Shown one piece after another: positions 14,383 through 25,713 of a stretch of 64,000 bases of DNA. Both the position numbers and the translations under genes were made by a program. Origin of the DNA: Octopus sinensis. Lineage: Eukaryota. The stretch spans positions 8,184,001 through 8,248,000 of the forward strand of contig NC_042997.1 in the NCBI RefSeq assembly GCF_006345805.1. The letters run 5' to 3'. The notes under the pieces are model-generated. The model made no database searches. It had not been told where the DNA came from and was given only the letters and a program-made list of their open reading frames with translations. Position 1 is the stretch's first letter. Each line of letters begins with the position of its first letter.

Positions 14383-14444
14383 TGAATGTAGGACCACATT
14401 TTTTAAAGCTATCGGAGAGCAGGATGTTCTTCAAAGGAGATATA
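14383..14444 (+). CDS. Isolated candidate exon (62 nt)
   Basis: Strong acceptor ttattttctgttttgattatttggttgcag and donor gtgagt; two open frames (ECRTTFFKAIGEQDVLQRRY or NVGPHFLKLSESRMFFKGDI). No partner exons established. Confidence 0.3.
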
Positions 14445-14756
14445 GTGAGTATTTCTAGCTCGTTCAGCAGATATAAATTCCTTTATTTTTAAAACGCAAA
14501 CAGTCTTCAACTGTAAGTGAACATGATTTAGTATTGTGGGCCGTACTTCCACTAACTGCGTCAGGTACCTACGTACTCGGGAGTAGACTAGTCAGATTCT
14601 TGGCCCTAGTGGAACATTGTGGATGTGACATGTAGAGATGAAGGCCTGCATCAATATGGGGCTGATACGCATGACAGTGGAGTAGACTTGAGAAACGTAA
14701 ACATGTACTGAGCCTGTTGCCAGGTCATGTAGGTGAATCCACAACTTCACAGCCCT

Positions 14757-14955
14757 TGTACAAACAAGGACAGACAAACGGGTTAAGTCGATTATATCGA
14801 CCGCAGTGCGTAACTGGTACTTATTTAATTGACCCCAAAAGGATGAAAGGCAAAGTCGACCTCGGCGGAATTTGAACTCAGAACGTAGCGGCAGACGAAA
14901 TACTGCTAACTATTCCGCCCGGCGTGCTAACGTTTCTGCCAGCTCACTGCCTTAG
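14757..14955 (-). mobile_element. tRNA-derived SINE, family A, best-preserved copy
   Basis: Minus strand reads ggcagtgagctggcagaaacgttagcacgccgggcg..ctgagttcaaattccgccgaggtcgactttgcctttcatcc (box A/B-like head). Confidence 0.8.
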
Positions 14956-15160
14956 AAGAATCGAATATTGTTTTTGTCAAAGGATCAGTTGATCAAGTCA
15001 TTCTGAATGAAATATTTCAATATTTCACATATAAAACCGTGCTGATATCCTTCATATATTTTGACAAATACACATGAGACCAAACGCATCTATAGATATG
15101 TACACATGCGGGCACACACTCACACACGTAAATGTGCATGCATAATGTATATATATATAT

Positions 15161-15431
15161 ATTATTTGTTTCAGTCATTTGACTGTGGCCATGCTGGAGC
15201 ACCGCCTTTAATCGAACAAATCGACCCCATGATATATTCTTTGGATGCCTAGTACTTATTATATAGGTCCCTTTTGCCGAACGGCTAAGTTACGGGTGCG
15301 TAAACACACCAGCATCGGTTGTCAAGCGATGTTGGGGGGGACAAACACAGACACAAACATATACACACACATACACACACACATACATACATACATACAT
15401 ACATACATACATACATACATACACACACACA

Positions 15432-15488
<57 letters not shown>

Positions 15489-15635
15489 CATACAAATATA
15501 CGACGGGCTTCTTTCAGTTTTCGTCTACCAAATCCACTCACAAGGCTTTGGGCGGCCCGAGGGTATAGTAGAAGACACTTGCCGAAGGTGCCACCATGTG
15601 GTTCGTAAGCAAGCTACTTACCACACAGCCACTCA
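15161..15635 (-). mobile_element. tRNA-derived SINE, family B, with internal (AC)/(ATAC)/(AT) microsatellite
   Basis: Head gagtggctgtgtggtaagtagcttgcttacgaaccacatgg, body gcaagtgtcttctactatacc..tgagtggatttggtagacg, tail ggcggtgctccagcatggccacagtcaaatgactgaaac. Confidence 0.8.
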
Positions 15636-15689
15636 TATAAAGATAGAGAGAGATAGTGTATGTGTGTAAGCGCGTGCGAATTTCTATAT

Positions 15690-15880
15690 CTGTTTCTCCC
15701 CCACCGCCGCTAGACGACCGGTGTGAGTGTGTTTACGTTCCCGTATCTTAGCTGACCGACATAAGCGACAAACAGAATAAGTTCCGTGCTTTACAAGAAA
15801 TAAGTACTAGCGTCCGTTCATTGGACTAAAATTCTCCGAGGCAGTGCCATAGTATTGGTATAATACTAATGACTAATACA
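15690..15880 (+). mobile_element. 3' half of a family-B-related SINE (diverged)
   Basis: cccccaccgccgctagacgaccggtgtgagtgtgtttacgttcccgtatcttagc..aagtactagcgtccgttcattggactaaa resembles the family-B 3' body. Confidence 0.5.
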
Positions 15881-15919
15881 TACATATATATACTTATACA
15901 TTTACCTCGACTGACATAC

Positions 15920-16023
15920 CTTGCAGTGTTTAATTCTTCGCGAGTTGCCTCCTTTGGCACCAAATATCAACGCTGTCGTTAAAACTGATGATATCAGTGA
16001 AATATCAAAGTACTGTGAGATAC
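15920..16023 (-). CDS. Isolated candidate exon (104 nt)
   Basis: Acceptor tataccttcacactgccttcag, donor gtatgt; single open frame ISQYFDISLISSVLTTALIFGAKGGNSRRIKHCK (phase 1 to 0). Phase-compatible with 34651-34746. Confidence 0.3.
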
Positions 16024-16088
16024 CTGAAGGCAGTGTGAAGGTATACTGCTGATAAAGTGGATTCATCATTTGGACTATACAATAAAGG

Positions 16089-16990
16089 AATTATTGAAAA
16101 TGGATTATATCAATTGAGAAGCGAGTCACGCTTTTGAGAATTCCTTTCTAATATTATTCTACGGGCGCTGGATACTTTTGTATTCCTGTGGTTCTTCATA
16201 TTATTTTAAGATGTCTTTTATGTTATTGTCTAGCTTCTGATCAGACACGATTCAGTAGGCCTCTGACTTAAGGCGTTGGTGTGTCTGCAGCAGCGTGAGT
16301 CACTGGCCATCCTCCGCGGCAACGCCATCGTAGACACTACCGAAGAACGTTACTGAACACATCCTCATCTCCATTTTCTGCCGCTATAACTCCACTATGT
16401 CATTCTTTTCCTTTTGTATCTTTATTTTCTTCAGTTTCTTTTTATCTAGATGTTATAATTTAAGATGTGACTTGTTGTGTAATGGACAGTAGAAATAAAA
16501 GAAAAATTGGTACAGTTTAAATTCTTAACTATTTTGACTAGTTCCAATGTATCGCCTGTCTTGGACTACGTTATCCAAAGAATCCTGCCACCGTTATCAT
16601 AATGATACGGTGAGTTTGAATGCAATCTCAGTATTATACCTACCAAGTTAAATAACCTCGCAGCCGTATCTTTATCTGGACGTGTATGTCAAACTAGATT
16701 TAATATGTACTTATATTGTCATTATATTATATGATACAGTCTAAAATACACGATGCTCCACAAAGGAAAGATGAGATGACCCCAGGTTAAATAATTTTTT
16801 AGTATAATTCTGTTTGTCAGCGTTTGACAGACAGCTATGGGATAGCAAATACTCTTGAAGCAAAGGAAATCAGCTGCTTCATATAGAATACATTATATTT
16901 TTACTTCAATAAATAAGTATATTATTTGAAAAAGAACAAAAGAAGTTTCCCTCACCAGCTACGTCAATATTCTGGTGACTTGTTCAGTGC
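16089..16990 (+). repeat. Left arm of an ~0.9 kb inverted duplication (contains a CRE-like LINE 3' end)
   Basis: Colinear reverse-complement match to 18212-19080; ~16280-16350 encodes LQQRESLAILRGNAIV, resembling the QRISxAIQRGNA C-terminus of CRE-clade elements. Confidence 0.85.
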
Positions 16991-17030
16991 TGAAATTTCT
17001 AAAAATATTCGCTACTCTACATATTTTACG

Positions 17031-17415
17031 TAGGAGCGGCTGTGTGGTAAGTAGCCTGCTTACGAACAACCACATGGTTCCGGGCTCAGTCCCATTGCAT
17101 GGCACCTAGAGCAAGTGTCTTCTACTATAGCCTTGGGCCGACCAAAGCCTTGTGAGTGGATTTGGTAGACGGAAACTGAAAGAAACCTGGCATGTATGTA
17201 TGTATATATATATATATGTATATGTGTGTGTGTGTGCATAAGTTTGTGTGTCTGTGTTTGTCCCACCAATATCGCTTGACGACCGATGATGGTGTGTTTA
17301 CGTCCCCATAACTTAGCGGTTCGGCTTACAAAGAATAAATTCTGAGGTCGATTTGCTCGACTAAAGGCGGTGCTCCAGCATGGCCACTGTGAAATGACTG
17401 AAACAAGTAAAAAAA
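17031..17415 (+). mobile_element. tRNA-derived SINE, family B, full length
   Basis: ggagcggctgtgtggtaagtagcctgcttacgaacaaccacatggttccgggctcagtccc head through gactaaaggcggtgctccagcatggccactgtgaaatgactgaaacaagtaaaa tail. Confidence 0.8.
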
Positions 17416-18211
17416 TATATATGATTTTAGCATTTCGTAGATCAGTTCGGTATTTTTCCTTTACTTCCGACTGAAACAGCGCTTGTGCGGTGAATTTGAA
17501 AAGTTATAACATATAATGATGAGATACGTGTTATTTGTCTCTAAATTATATGTTAATGTCATGGCGCGGTTTCTGACGAGAATTTCGCCACGCAAATTAT
17601 TTTATCTGCTAAAAGAATTCGAAATCTATGTATAACCGTAAAAAAATATCAAGGTGAAAGTTTTTATTTTTCATTCTCTTCGAAATTGCTCTTAAATGTG
17701 GTTTTGGTCATTTTGACTGCTTCTTCTAACGTGTAAAATTACCTGTTAAAGGTAGTTTCTCGTGTTTAAATTGCACTATTCTATATATATATATATATGT
17801 GTGTGTGTGTAGTATGCGTTTGTGTGTGTATGTGTGTGTGTATGCTTGTGTGTTAGAACATTGTAAAATTCTTTTATATATTTGTATTGTAACTCTGAAA
17901 TAATAGATATTCGTTACTTTCTTAAACATATGTTGCATTTCTTTTGTTTGTTGCCGCTGCTATCTGCTTCCCACCAATCGTATCCTATTTCAGGAGATCT
18001 AGAGATCTGATGATTTATAGTTATGTCCATGTACCATATTTTTGAAAGATAATACTTAGACGACATTTTCCAGTTTGGCCTGCCTTCTTTTTTTTTAATT
18101 TGGTAGGAATACGATTGAGAAATATTTGTTTTTGTTTTGTTTTTTTTTTTGCAATGAGTCGATTGATCAATTAGAGACATTTTGATTTGGATCTTTGTTC
18201 TCAGTTTGATG

Positions 18212-19080
18212 CTAGCACTGAACAAGTCACCGGGATATTGACATAGCTGGTGAGGGATACATCTTTTGTTCTATTTCAAATAATATCCTTATATATTGAA
18301 GTAAAAATATACTGTATTCTATATGAAGCAGCTGATTTTCTTTGCTTCAAGAGTATTTGTTATCCCATAGCTGTCTGTCAAACGCTGACAAACAGAATTA
18401 TACTAAAAAAACCTGGGGTCATCTCATCTTTCCTTTGTGGTGCATTGTGCATTGTAGACTATATCATTTAATATAATGACAGTATAAGTACATATTAAAT
18501 CTAGTTTGACATACACATCCAGATAAAGATGCAGCCGCGAGGTCAATACCGAGATTGCATTCAAACTCATCGTTATCATAACGGTGGTAGGACTCTTTGG
18601 ATAATGTAGTTCTAGGTAGGCGATACGTCGGAACTAGTCGAAATAGTTAAGAATTTAAACCGTACCATTTTTTGTTTCTACTGTCCATTACACAGCAAAT
18701 TACATCTTAAATTATAATATCTAGATAAAAAGAAACTGAAGAAAACAAAGATTTTTAATAAAGGAAAAGAATGAAAAAATGTGGAGATAAAGCGGCAGAA
18801 AATGGAGGTGAGGGTGTGTTCAGTAACGCTCTTCGGTAATGCCTACGATGGTTTTGCCGCGGAGGATAGCCACGCTGCTGCAGACATACCAACGCCTTAA
18901 GTCAGAGGTCTGCTGAATCGTGTCTGACCAGAAGCTAGACAATAACATAATAGACATCTTAAAATAATATGAAGAACCACAGGAATACAAAAGTATCCAG
19001 CACCCGTAGAATAATATTAGGAAGAAATTCTTAAAACCGTGACTCGCTTCTCAATTAATATAATCCATTTTCAATAATTT
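18212..19080 (-). repeat. Right arm of the inverted duplication
   Basis: For example gcactgaacaagtcaccgggatattgacatagctggtgaggga (18212) is the reverse complement of tccctcaccagctacgtcaatattctggtgacttgttcagtgc (~16948-16990); the match continues to tataatccattttcaataatt (19080). Confidence 0.85.
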
Positions 19081-19127
19081 ATATATATAGATAGATATAG
19101 ATATAGATAAATATATTTATATATATG

Positions 19128-19176
<49 letters not shown>

Positions 19177-19212
19177 TTATGTATATATGTATATATGTCT
19201 GCATGTATGTGC

Positions 19213-19253
<41 letters not shown>

Positions 19254-19479
19254 TCATTTTTTTATTGAATTAGAATCTAAAATATTCAAACAAAGATTAG
19301 CTCAGCTTTTCTTGTCTCTCTGTGGAAGAGCGGATCAAATCAGTATTCCGTCTCTTCATTTCTCAACTCCTAAAGCACCCCCCCCCACACACACACACAA
19401 ATTCCCCAAACCACCTGGGTGTGTGAATACATCTCTTTATACATATACATGTATATACGTATACATATTTGCATATGTC

Positions 19480-19534
<55 letters not shown>

Positions 19535-19844
19535 GTGTGTGTATGTATGTATGCGTATGTGTGTGTGAGTATTTGTGTGTATGTATACTTACATAAATGT
19601 AAGATTTAATAGAAACCTATGAATACGTAAACGCACAAATAACATGATATACAGCCGTGTTAAACTTCACAAACATATAGAGAGAAAACGCGTCTAAACT
19701 ATTGTCACACATACATCAATATGCCCAAGCCCGTGTACACGCACATACACATATGTTATCAATATAAATGATTGCGTGAGATTATAATATACATCACTCA
19801 TTTTGTTATTGTTACTTTCTTTTTTTACCGAAAATAGTAATAAT

Positions 19845-19874
19845 AATAATGATAATAATAATAATAATAATAAC

Positions 19875-19944
<70 letters not shown>

Positions 19945-19945
19945 T
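19845..19945 (+). repeat. (AAT)n microsatellite
   Basis: Directly visible; explains ORFs 19694-19960 (poly-L) and 19803-19997 (poly-N). Confidence 0.95.
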
Positions 19946-20153
19946 GAATGTCAATAACAATATTGAAAATATAGATTTTTCTAAAAGTTATTCATAATAA
20001 CAGGAATCTTTATGTAATACCTTATTGCTAAGAGATAATACGAAAAAGAACGAAATCAGTATTGTAAACATAGGTAAAGAGAGAAAGATTAGCTAAAATA
20101 TAGATAGAACAATACAAAAATATAAATATGCACTGTGTGATTTTATATAGGTA

Positions 20154-20189
<36 letters not shown>

Positions 20190-20230
20190 TGTATGTATGT
20201 ATATATATCTATATATACATACATACTTAC

Positions 20231-20288
<58 letters not shown>

Positions 20289-21820
20289 ATATATGAAAAC
20301 CTACATATATGTACATATGGATACGGTAAAATAATGTAACATAGAAATGGACAGACAATTTTAGATAAAAGTAACGCAGATTGAACGAAGGTGACGGAGG
20401 AGTAAACGCTAAACACATACTAAACAACATTATACTGACATCCATACATTCTCACCCCTTCCTGCTCTTTCTCTCTCTGTCTTATGCACACATACACACA
20501 CACACAAATGCACACGCACACACATATGCACTCTTGAGAGACTTTGTATTGTGTGAGCGTGTGTTCTCTGCGTGTGCGTTGTGTTTGCGTGTGTGTCTGT
20601 GTGTGTGTATGTCCCTGCGGGAGTGTATGTGCGCGCGAGCGATGATTGTAATTTTCGAAAAGCTATTCATACAAAATTTCTTCTAAGGTGATAAGATATC
20701 TTCTTCAGTATTATGCCAACAATCATCTATACGCTATTGCTCAACTTATATCACTAGTAGTTCTGGTAGAAATATTATCTACAGAACAAGCTCAAATTAA
20801 AATAGATTTCTTTTCTGCGAATTTTAGGAGGATTTAGAAGATACCCCAGCTGTGTTTACATGGGGAGGGCTTCCCTTGCATGTGTGGTTAATACAATTGA
20901 TTACTGTAGGGAAAATTTTAATTGTGTCAGCAAAGGAAATATAGTGTGAGATACTTAGCGTGAAGTTTTAGGAAAGAGATATAACGGAGCAGTGTATATA
21001 GTTTAGTGAATTAGGGAATAGGTGATGTTTAGCAATATCCTAGCTTCAGGTGAACAAGAGATATCGCAGAAGTGATAAAAGAAACTACTGTTATGCATAA
21101 TGATCTATTGTGTCGCTGGATAATGATTTATCAATGCATTACATAGTCAATTCCTTTGTGAAAGTAGTCTCAAGTATTTGGTTGTAAAAGCACCTCATTT
21201 CCAAATGCGGTAGTGACGCAATCATGCGGATTATAGCGGTTTAACTTGAATGGTTCTACTAATGCTAGATGTGGTATTGATGGAATTCATCGGACAGTCC
21301 GAGATTCGAAAAAAGGAATTAGAATTTATGCTTTAAGAGCGCTATTTTATTGTAACAAAGCCAGTTGTTGTTGTTAAACCGAAGATGGGATTAAGTCTTT
21401 ACGCCACGAAAAAAAAATTATTATTGTCAGCCATGTTATGGTTTTAGGTTTAAAGATCGCTTCATTTTTGGACATCTGTGAGTATGTATGTATATGTGTG
21501 TGCGCGCGAGTGACTGTGTGTAAGTTCGCGCGCATATGTATGTGTGTTCCTATTCATTAATACATGATATAAGATTCATTTCCTTTTTCTGAAGCTGTTT
21601 CCTTACATCAGTTTTATTCGCTTTTTCAACTTTTCCCCGAAAGCATGTAGCCATTTTTTGCCTTAGAGTTAGAGCATAGAATGAAAATTTTATTTTTATT
21701 TAAACCAGCCTTTCACGTAAATTATTTATTGGGTACAGATCCATAAGGTTCCATAACAGTTACTCCTTGAAATAATATCCAAAGTGGCACTTAACATGAT
21801 ACGCCTGAAAGAGTCATAAA

Positions 21821-21855
<35 letters not shown>

Positions 21856-21871
21856 TATAATAATAATAATA

Positions 21872-21918
<47 letters not shown>

Positions 21919-21959
21919 TAATAATAATAATAACAATAAAAATTAATTGTCGGAGGCTT

Positions 21960-22190
21960 ATTAATTAATAGTCGGAGCCACAGGAACCATGAGTAAAAAT
22001 CTTGAGAAGCACATGGAACAAATAGGGGTTATAAAATGGATGGAACACTTGGAGAAAACAGCACTGCTTGGAACCGCTCCGGATGGTGCTCAGAAAACAT
22101 GGAGAGTTACCTTAGTTCATTGATAGTGAACAGCTGACGCCGTAGAACATCACCAGCAATAGAGACTGTGCAAAGACAATAAAATAATAA
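21960..22190 (+). mobile_element. Short 3' end of a third REL-type LINE subfamily
   Basis: IVGATGTMSKNLEKHMEQIGV..HLEKTALLGTA (REL-element C-terminus); flanked upstream by (AAT)n at 21825-21935 and ending in (TAA)n. Confidence 0.65.
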
Positions 22191-22339
22191 TAATAATAAC
22201 AACAACAACAACAATGATAATAATAATAATAATGATAAGAAGAAGAAGAAGAAGAAGAAGAAGAGAAGAAGAAGAAGAAGAAGAAGAAGAAGAAGAGGAA
22301 GATCAACAACAACAACAACAACAACAACAACAGCAACAA

Positions 22340-23925
22340 CCTGAGGTAATGGAACGGCTAAAGCAAGATATCCTCGCCACAGCACAAAGAATACGTCGGT
22401 ATGAGAAACGTCAACGTTTATGAGAAGATTCTACCTAGAACTTGGCAACAATAAAATAGACATCAATGCAGCACCAACAGCAGAAAAAGTGGAAGAATGT
22501 TAGAAGGTCGGTGAAGGAACAACTTTGGACCCCTATAACAACTGAAGAAGTCACCCAGGCACTGCAAAAACTAAGCTACTGGAAGGCACCTGAGCACGAT
22601 AAGATCCTAAGTTCTGGTTAAAATACCTAACAGGCACACATAAAATCTGGCTGAGATATTTAATGACATACTAGCAGAGCCAGAGATAATGCCTGAGTGG
22701 TTAACGGAAGGGAAAACCATCCTAATTCCCAAATCCACTGAAGCCACAAACTCACAAAATTACAGACCAATAAGTTGTTTCCTTACAATTTACAAAGCCT
22801 TTACAGCAATAATATCGCAGGGAATGAGCAAGCATCTGAAGAAAACAAACTGTTTCCAGAAGAGCAGAATGAACGCTGCAAGGGATCAGCCGCATAAAGA
22901 AGGGTCTAAGTATAGCCTGGATCGATTACCAAAAGGCTTTTGATAGTATTCTCCACACATAGATCCTAGAAACACTAGCCATGAACAAAGTAGCGCCAAT
23001 AATCATAAAATATATAACACAATCCATGAATAAATGGCAGACAGTGCTACAGCTCCAGACAAAAGAGGGACTCATAGAAACCATAGCTATTAGAAGAAGA
23101 ACATTCCTTTTCTGCTTGGCATTGATATCTTTTTTGACATGCGGATACAACTGTTACGACAAAACAATCAGCCACCTCTTATATATGTATGACCTAAAAC
23201 TGCACACTACAAATGATAAACAGCTGGTAATATTACTACAGACAGTACATGGATTTATCAAAGAAATAAATATGAAATTTAGCTTAGAAAAGTATGCCAA
23301 AGCAACCTTGAAAAGAGGAAAACTAGAATTTGACAAAAGCCAGATACAAATATTTAGGAATGAATGAACTAGATACGACACAACACACACAATAATGAAA
23401 GAGAAAATAAAAAACGGAATACAACAGACGAAATACATTAATACTCAAAACAGGGCTCAATGCGAAAAACAAGATAATAGGTATCAACACTAGCCGTCGC
23501 AGTTATAAGTTACAGCTACAATATCCTTAACTGGACACTAAATGAACTGATCAAAATAGACAGGAAAACAAGAAAAATGCGTGTCTCAAAAAGAAATGGA
23601 GAAACCTTCAAAATACAAAGCCCTAGAAATAGAGGTAACTCGAATGTGGAATCTAAAAACAAACAATTCCTATCATAGTAGGTGCATTAGGTATGATACA
23701 AAAAATATTCAGACAAATACATAACAAAAACACCAGGACTAACAAATATGTGTAATATACAGAAAATAGCACTACCAGACACCCCACACATTCTACGTAA
23801 AACATTTGCAATATAGTAACACAACAATACAGTAACAGAACAAAACACAGCCTCACAACAAACCACGGCAAATACCCAGGGCGCACAGAACTGCAGTCCG
23901 TAGTGCAGTGAAAGCACGTTATAGA
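22340..23925 (+). mobile_element. R4/Dong-like LINE, 5'-truncated and internally deleted (RT region + REL 3' end)
   Basis: RLKQDILATAQRIRRYEKR, WKAPEHDKI, MPEWLTEGKTILIPK..NYRPISC, HLLYMYDLKL (YMDD mutated), FSLEKYAK; jumps at ~23580 directly to VSQKEMEK..EIEVTRMWNLK. Same 3' UTR as 1-960, then (AAT)n 23925-23995. Confidence 0.85.
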
Positions 23926-23929
23926 AATA

Positions 23930-23995
<66 letters not shown>

Positions 23996-23996
23996 T

Positions 23997-25713
23997 GAGG
24001 TGATGGGGGAAGAAACCATAAACCACATTCTTTCTGGATACACAGTTCTGGTTAAGAAAGAATATATCCAAAGACGTGACAGTTATACACACTGGAAGCT
24101 GTGCCAACACTTTGGGAAAAATCATCTTAATCATCTTAATTCCCAAATCCACTGAAACGACAAACCCACAAAATTACAGACCCATAACATGTCTCGCTAC
24201 ACCTTACAAAGCCTTAACTACAAAAATATTGCAGAGAATGAAAAGAAAACTGAAAGAAAACAACTTGTTTCCAGAGGAGCAGAAGGGTTGCCGCAAAGGC
24301 GGCTCACATGGCTGTAAAGATAAGTTATTGATCAAGTAAGCCAAAACTGAAGACAGCCGAAATAACAAAGAAGCGTCTAAACATGGTTTGGATCAATTAT
24401 CGAAAGGTTTTTCTAGTGTGGACCCTAGAAACACTAGCCATTAACAAGGTAGCACCAGCAATAATAGAATATATAAAACATGCCATGAATAAATGACAAA
24501 CAATGATGCAGCTCCAGACAAAAGAGGCACTCATAAAAACTCAGGCCATCGCCATTAGAACAGGAGTATTCGAAGAAGATAGATCTCTGCAATTCTTTTC
24601 CACCTGACACTGAGGCTTTTAACTGACATGTTAAACAGAACTGCATGTGGATACAACTACTACGGTAAAACCACAACCATCTCTTGTATATGGGTAATCT
24701 GAAACTATACTGCAAATCATAAACTACAGAAAACATTACTACATAGAGTGCATGGATTTATGGAATGGAAGCGCTCCGTCGGTTACGACGACGAGGTTTC
24801 CGGTTGATCCGAATCAACGGAACAGCCTGCTCGTGAAATTAACGTGTAAGTGGCTGAGCACTCCACAGACACGTGTACCCTTAACGTAGTTCTCGGGGAT
24901 ATTCAGCGTGACACAGAGAGTGACAAGGCCGGCCCTTTGAAATACAGGTACAACAGAAACAGGAAGTAAGAGTGAGAGAAAGTTGTGGTGAAAGAGTACA
25001 GCAGGGACCACCACCATCCCCTGCCGGAGCTGCGTGGAGCTTTTAGGTGTTTTCGTTCAATAAACACTCACAACGCCCGGTCTGGGTATCGAAACCGCGA
25101 TCCTATGACCGCGAGTCCGCTGCCCTAAACATTGGGCCATTGCGCCTCCACAGTGCATGGATTTACTTAAGAAATAAACATGAAATTCGGCGTATGAAAA
25201 TGTGCCAAAGCAACCTTGAAAGAGCGAAAACTAGTCAATAGTAGATAAAGAAAATGAAATAAAGAAAATGAAATAACAAAATTAAACCAAAGCCAGACAT
25301 ATAATTACTTAGGAATCAATAAACAAGACACGGTACAACACACACACATGAAAGAGAAGATAAGGAAAGAATACTATAGACGAGTTTGATTAATACTTAA
25401 AACAATGTAAAAAGCACGTTATTATGTATCAATACTCTCGTTGTCCCAGTTGTAAGTTATAATTACAATATTCTTAATTGGACACTAAATGAACTAACCA
25501 AAATAGACTACAGAACAAGAAAAATGATGCAGAATTTATGATGCACCACTCAACATTTAACCTAGAAAGGCTATATATACAACGAATTGAAGGAGGAAGA
25601 GGCATTATACAACTGGAAATTACTATAAAATGACTACCATAGGATTACAGAATATCTAACTCAGAATCAAAGAAAACTGGTGCCAATAGCAACAAAATAC
25701 GAGCAAAACAAAA
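23997..25713 (+). mobile_element. Rearranged R4/Dong-like fragments (CCHC piece, then RT domain), interrupted by a SINE and cut by an L1/Tx1 element
   Basis: 23997-24115 GEETINHILSG..LVKKEY; ORF 24076-24339 LIPKSTETTNPQNYRPITCL..EEQKGCRKGGSHGCKDKLLI; RT C-terminal region continues at 25150-25713. Confidence 0.75.
24761..25149 (-). mobile_element. tRNA-derived SINE, family C, full length with target-site duplication
   Basis: Minus head ggaggcgcaatggcccaatgtttagggcagcggactcgcggtcataggatcgcggtttcgatacccagacc; (TTCCA)2 tail; TSD agagtgcatggattta (24745-24760) / acagtgcatggattta (25150-25165). Confidence 0.85.
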
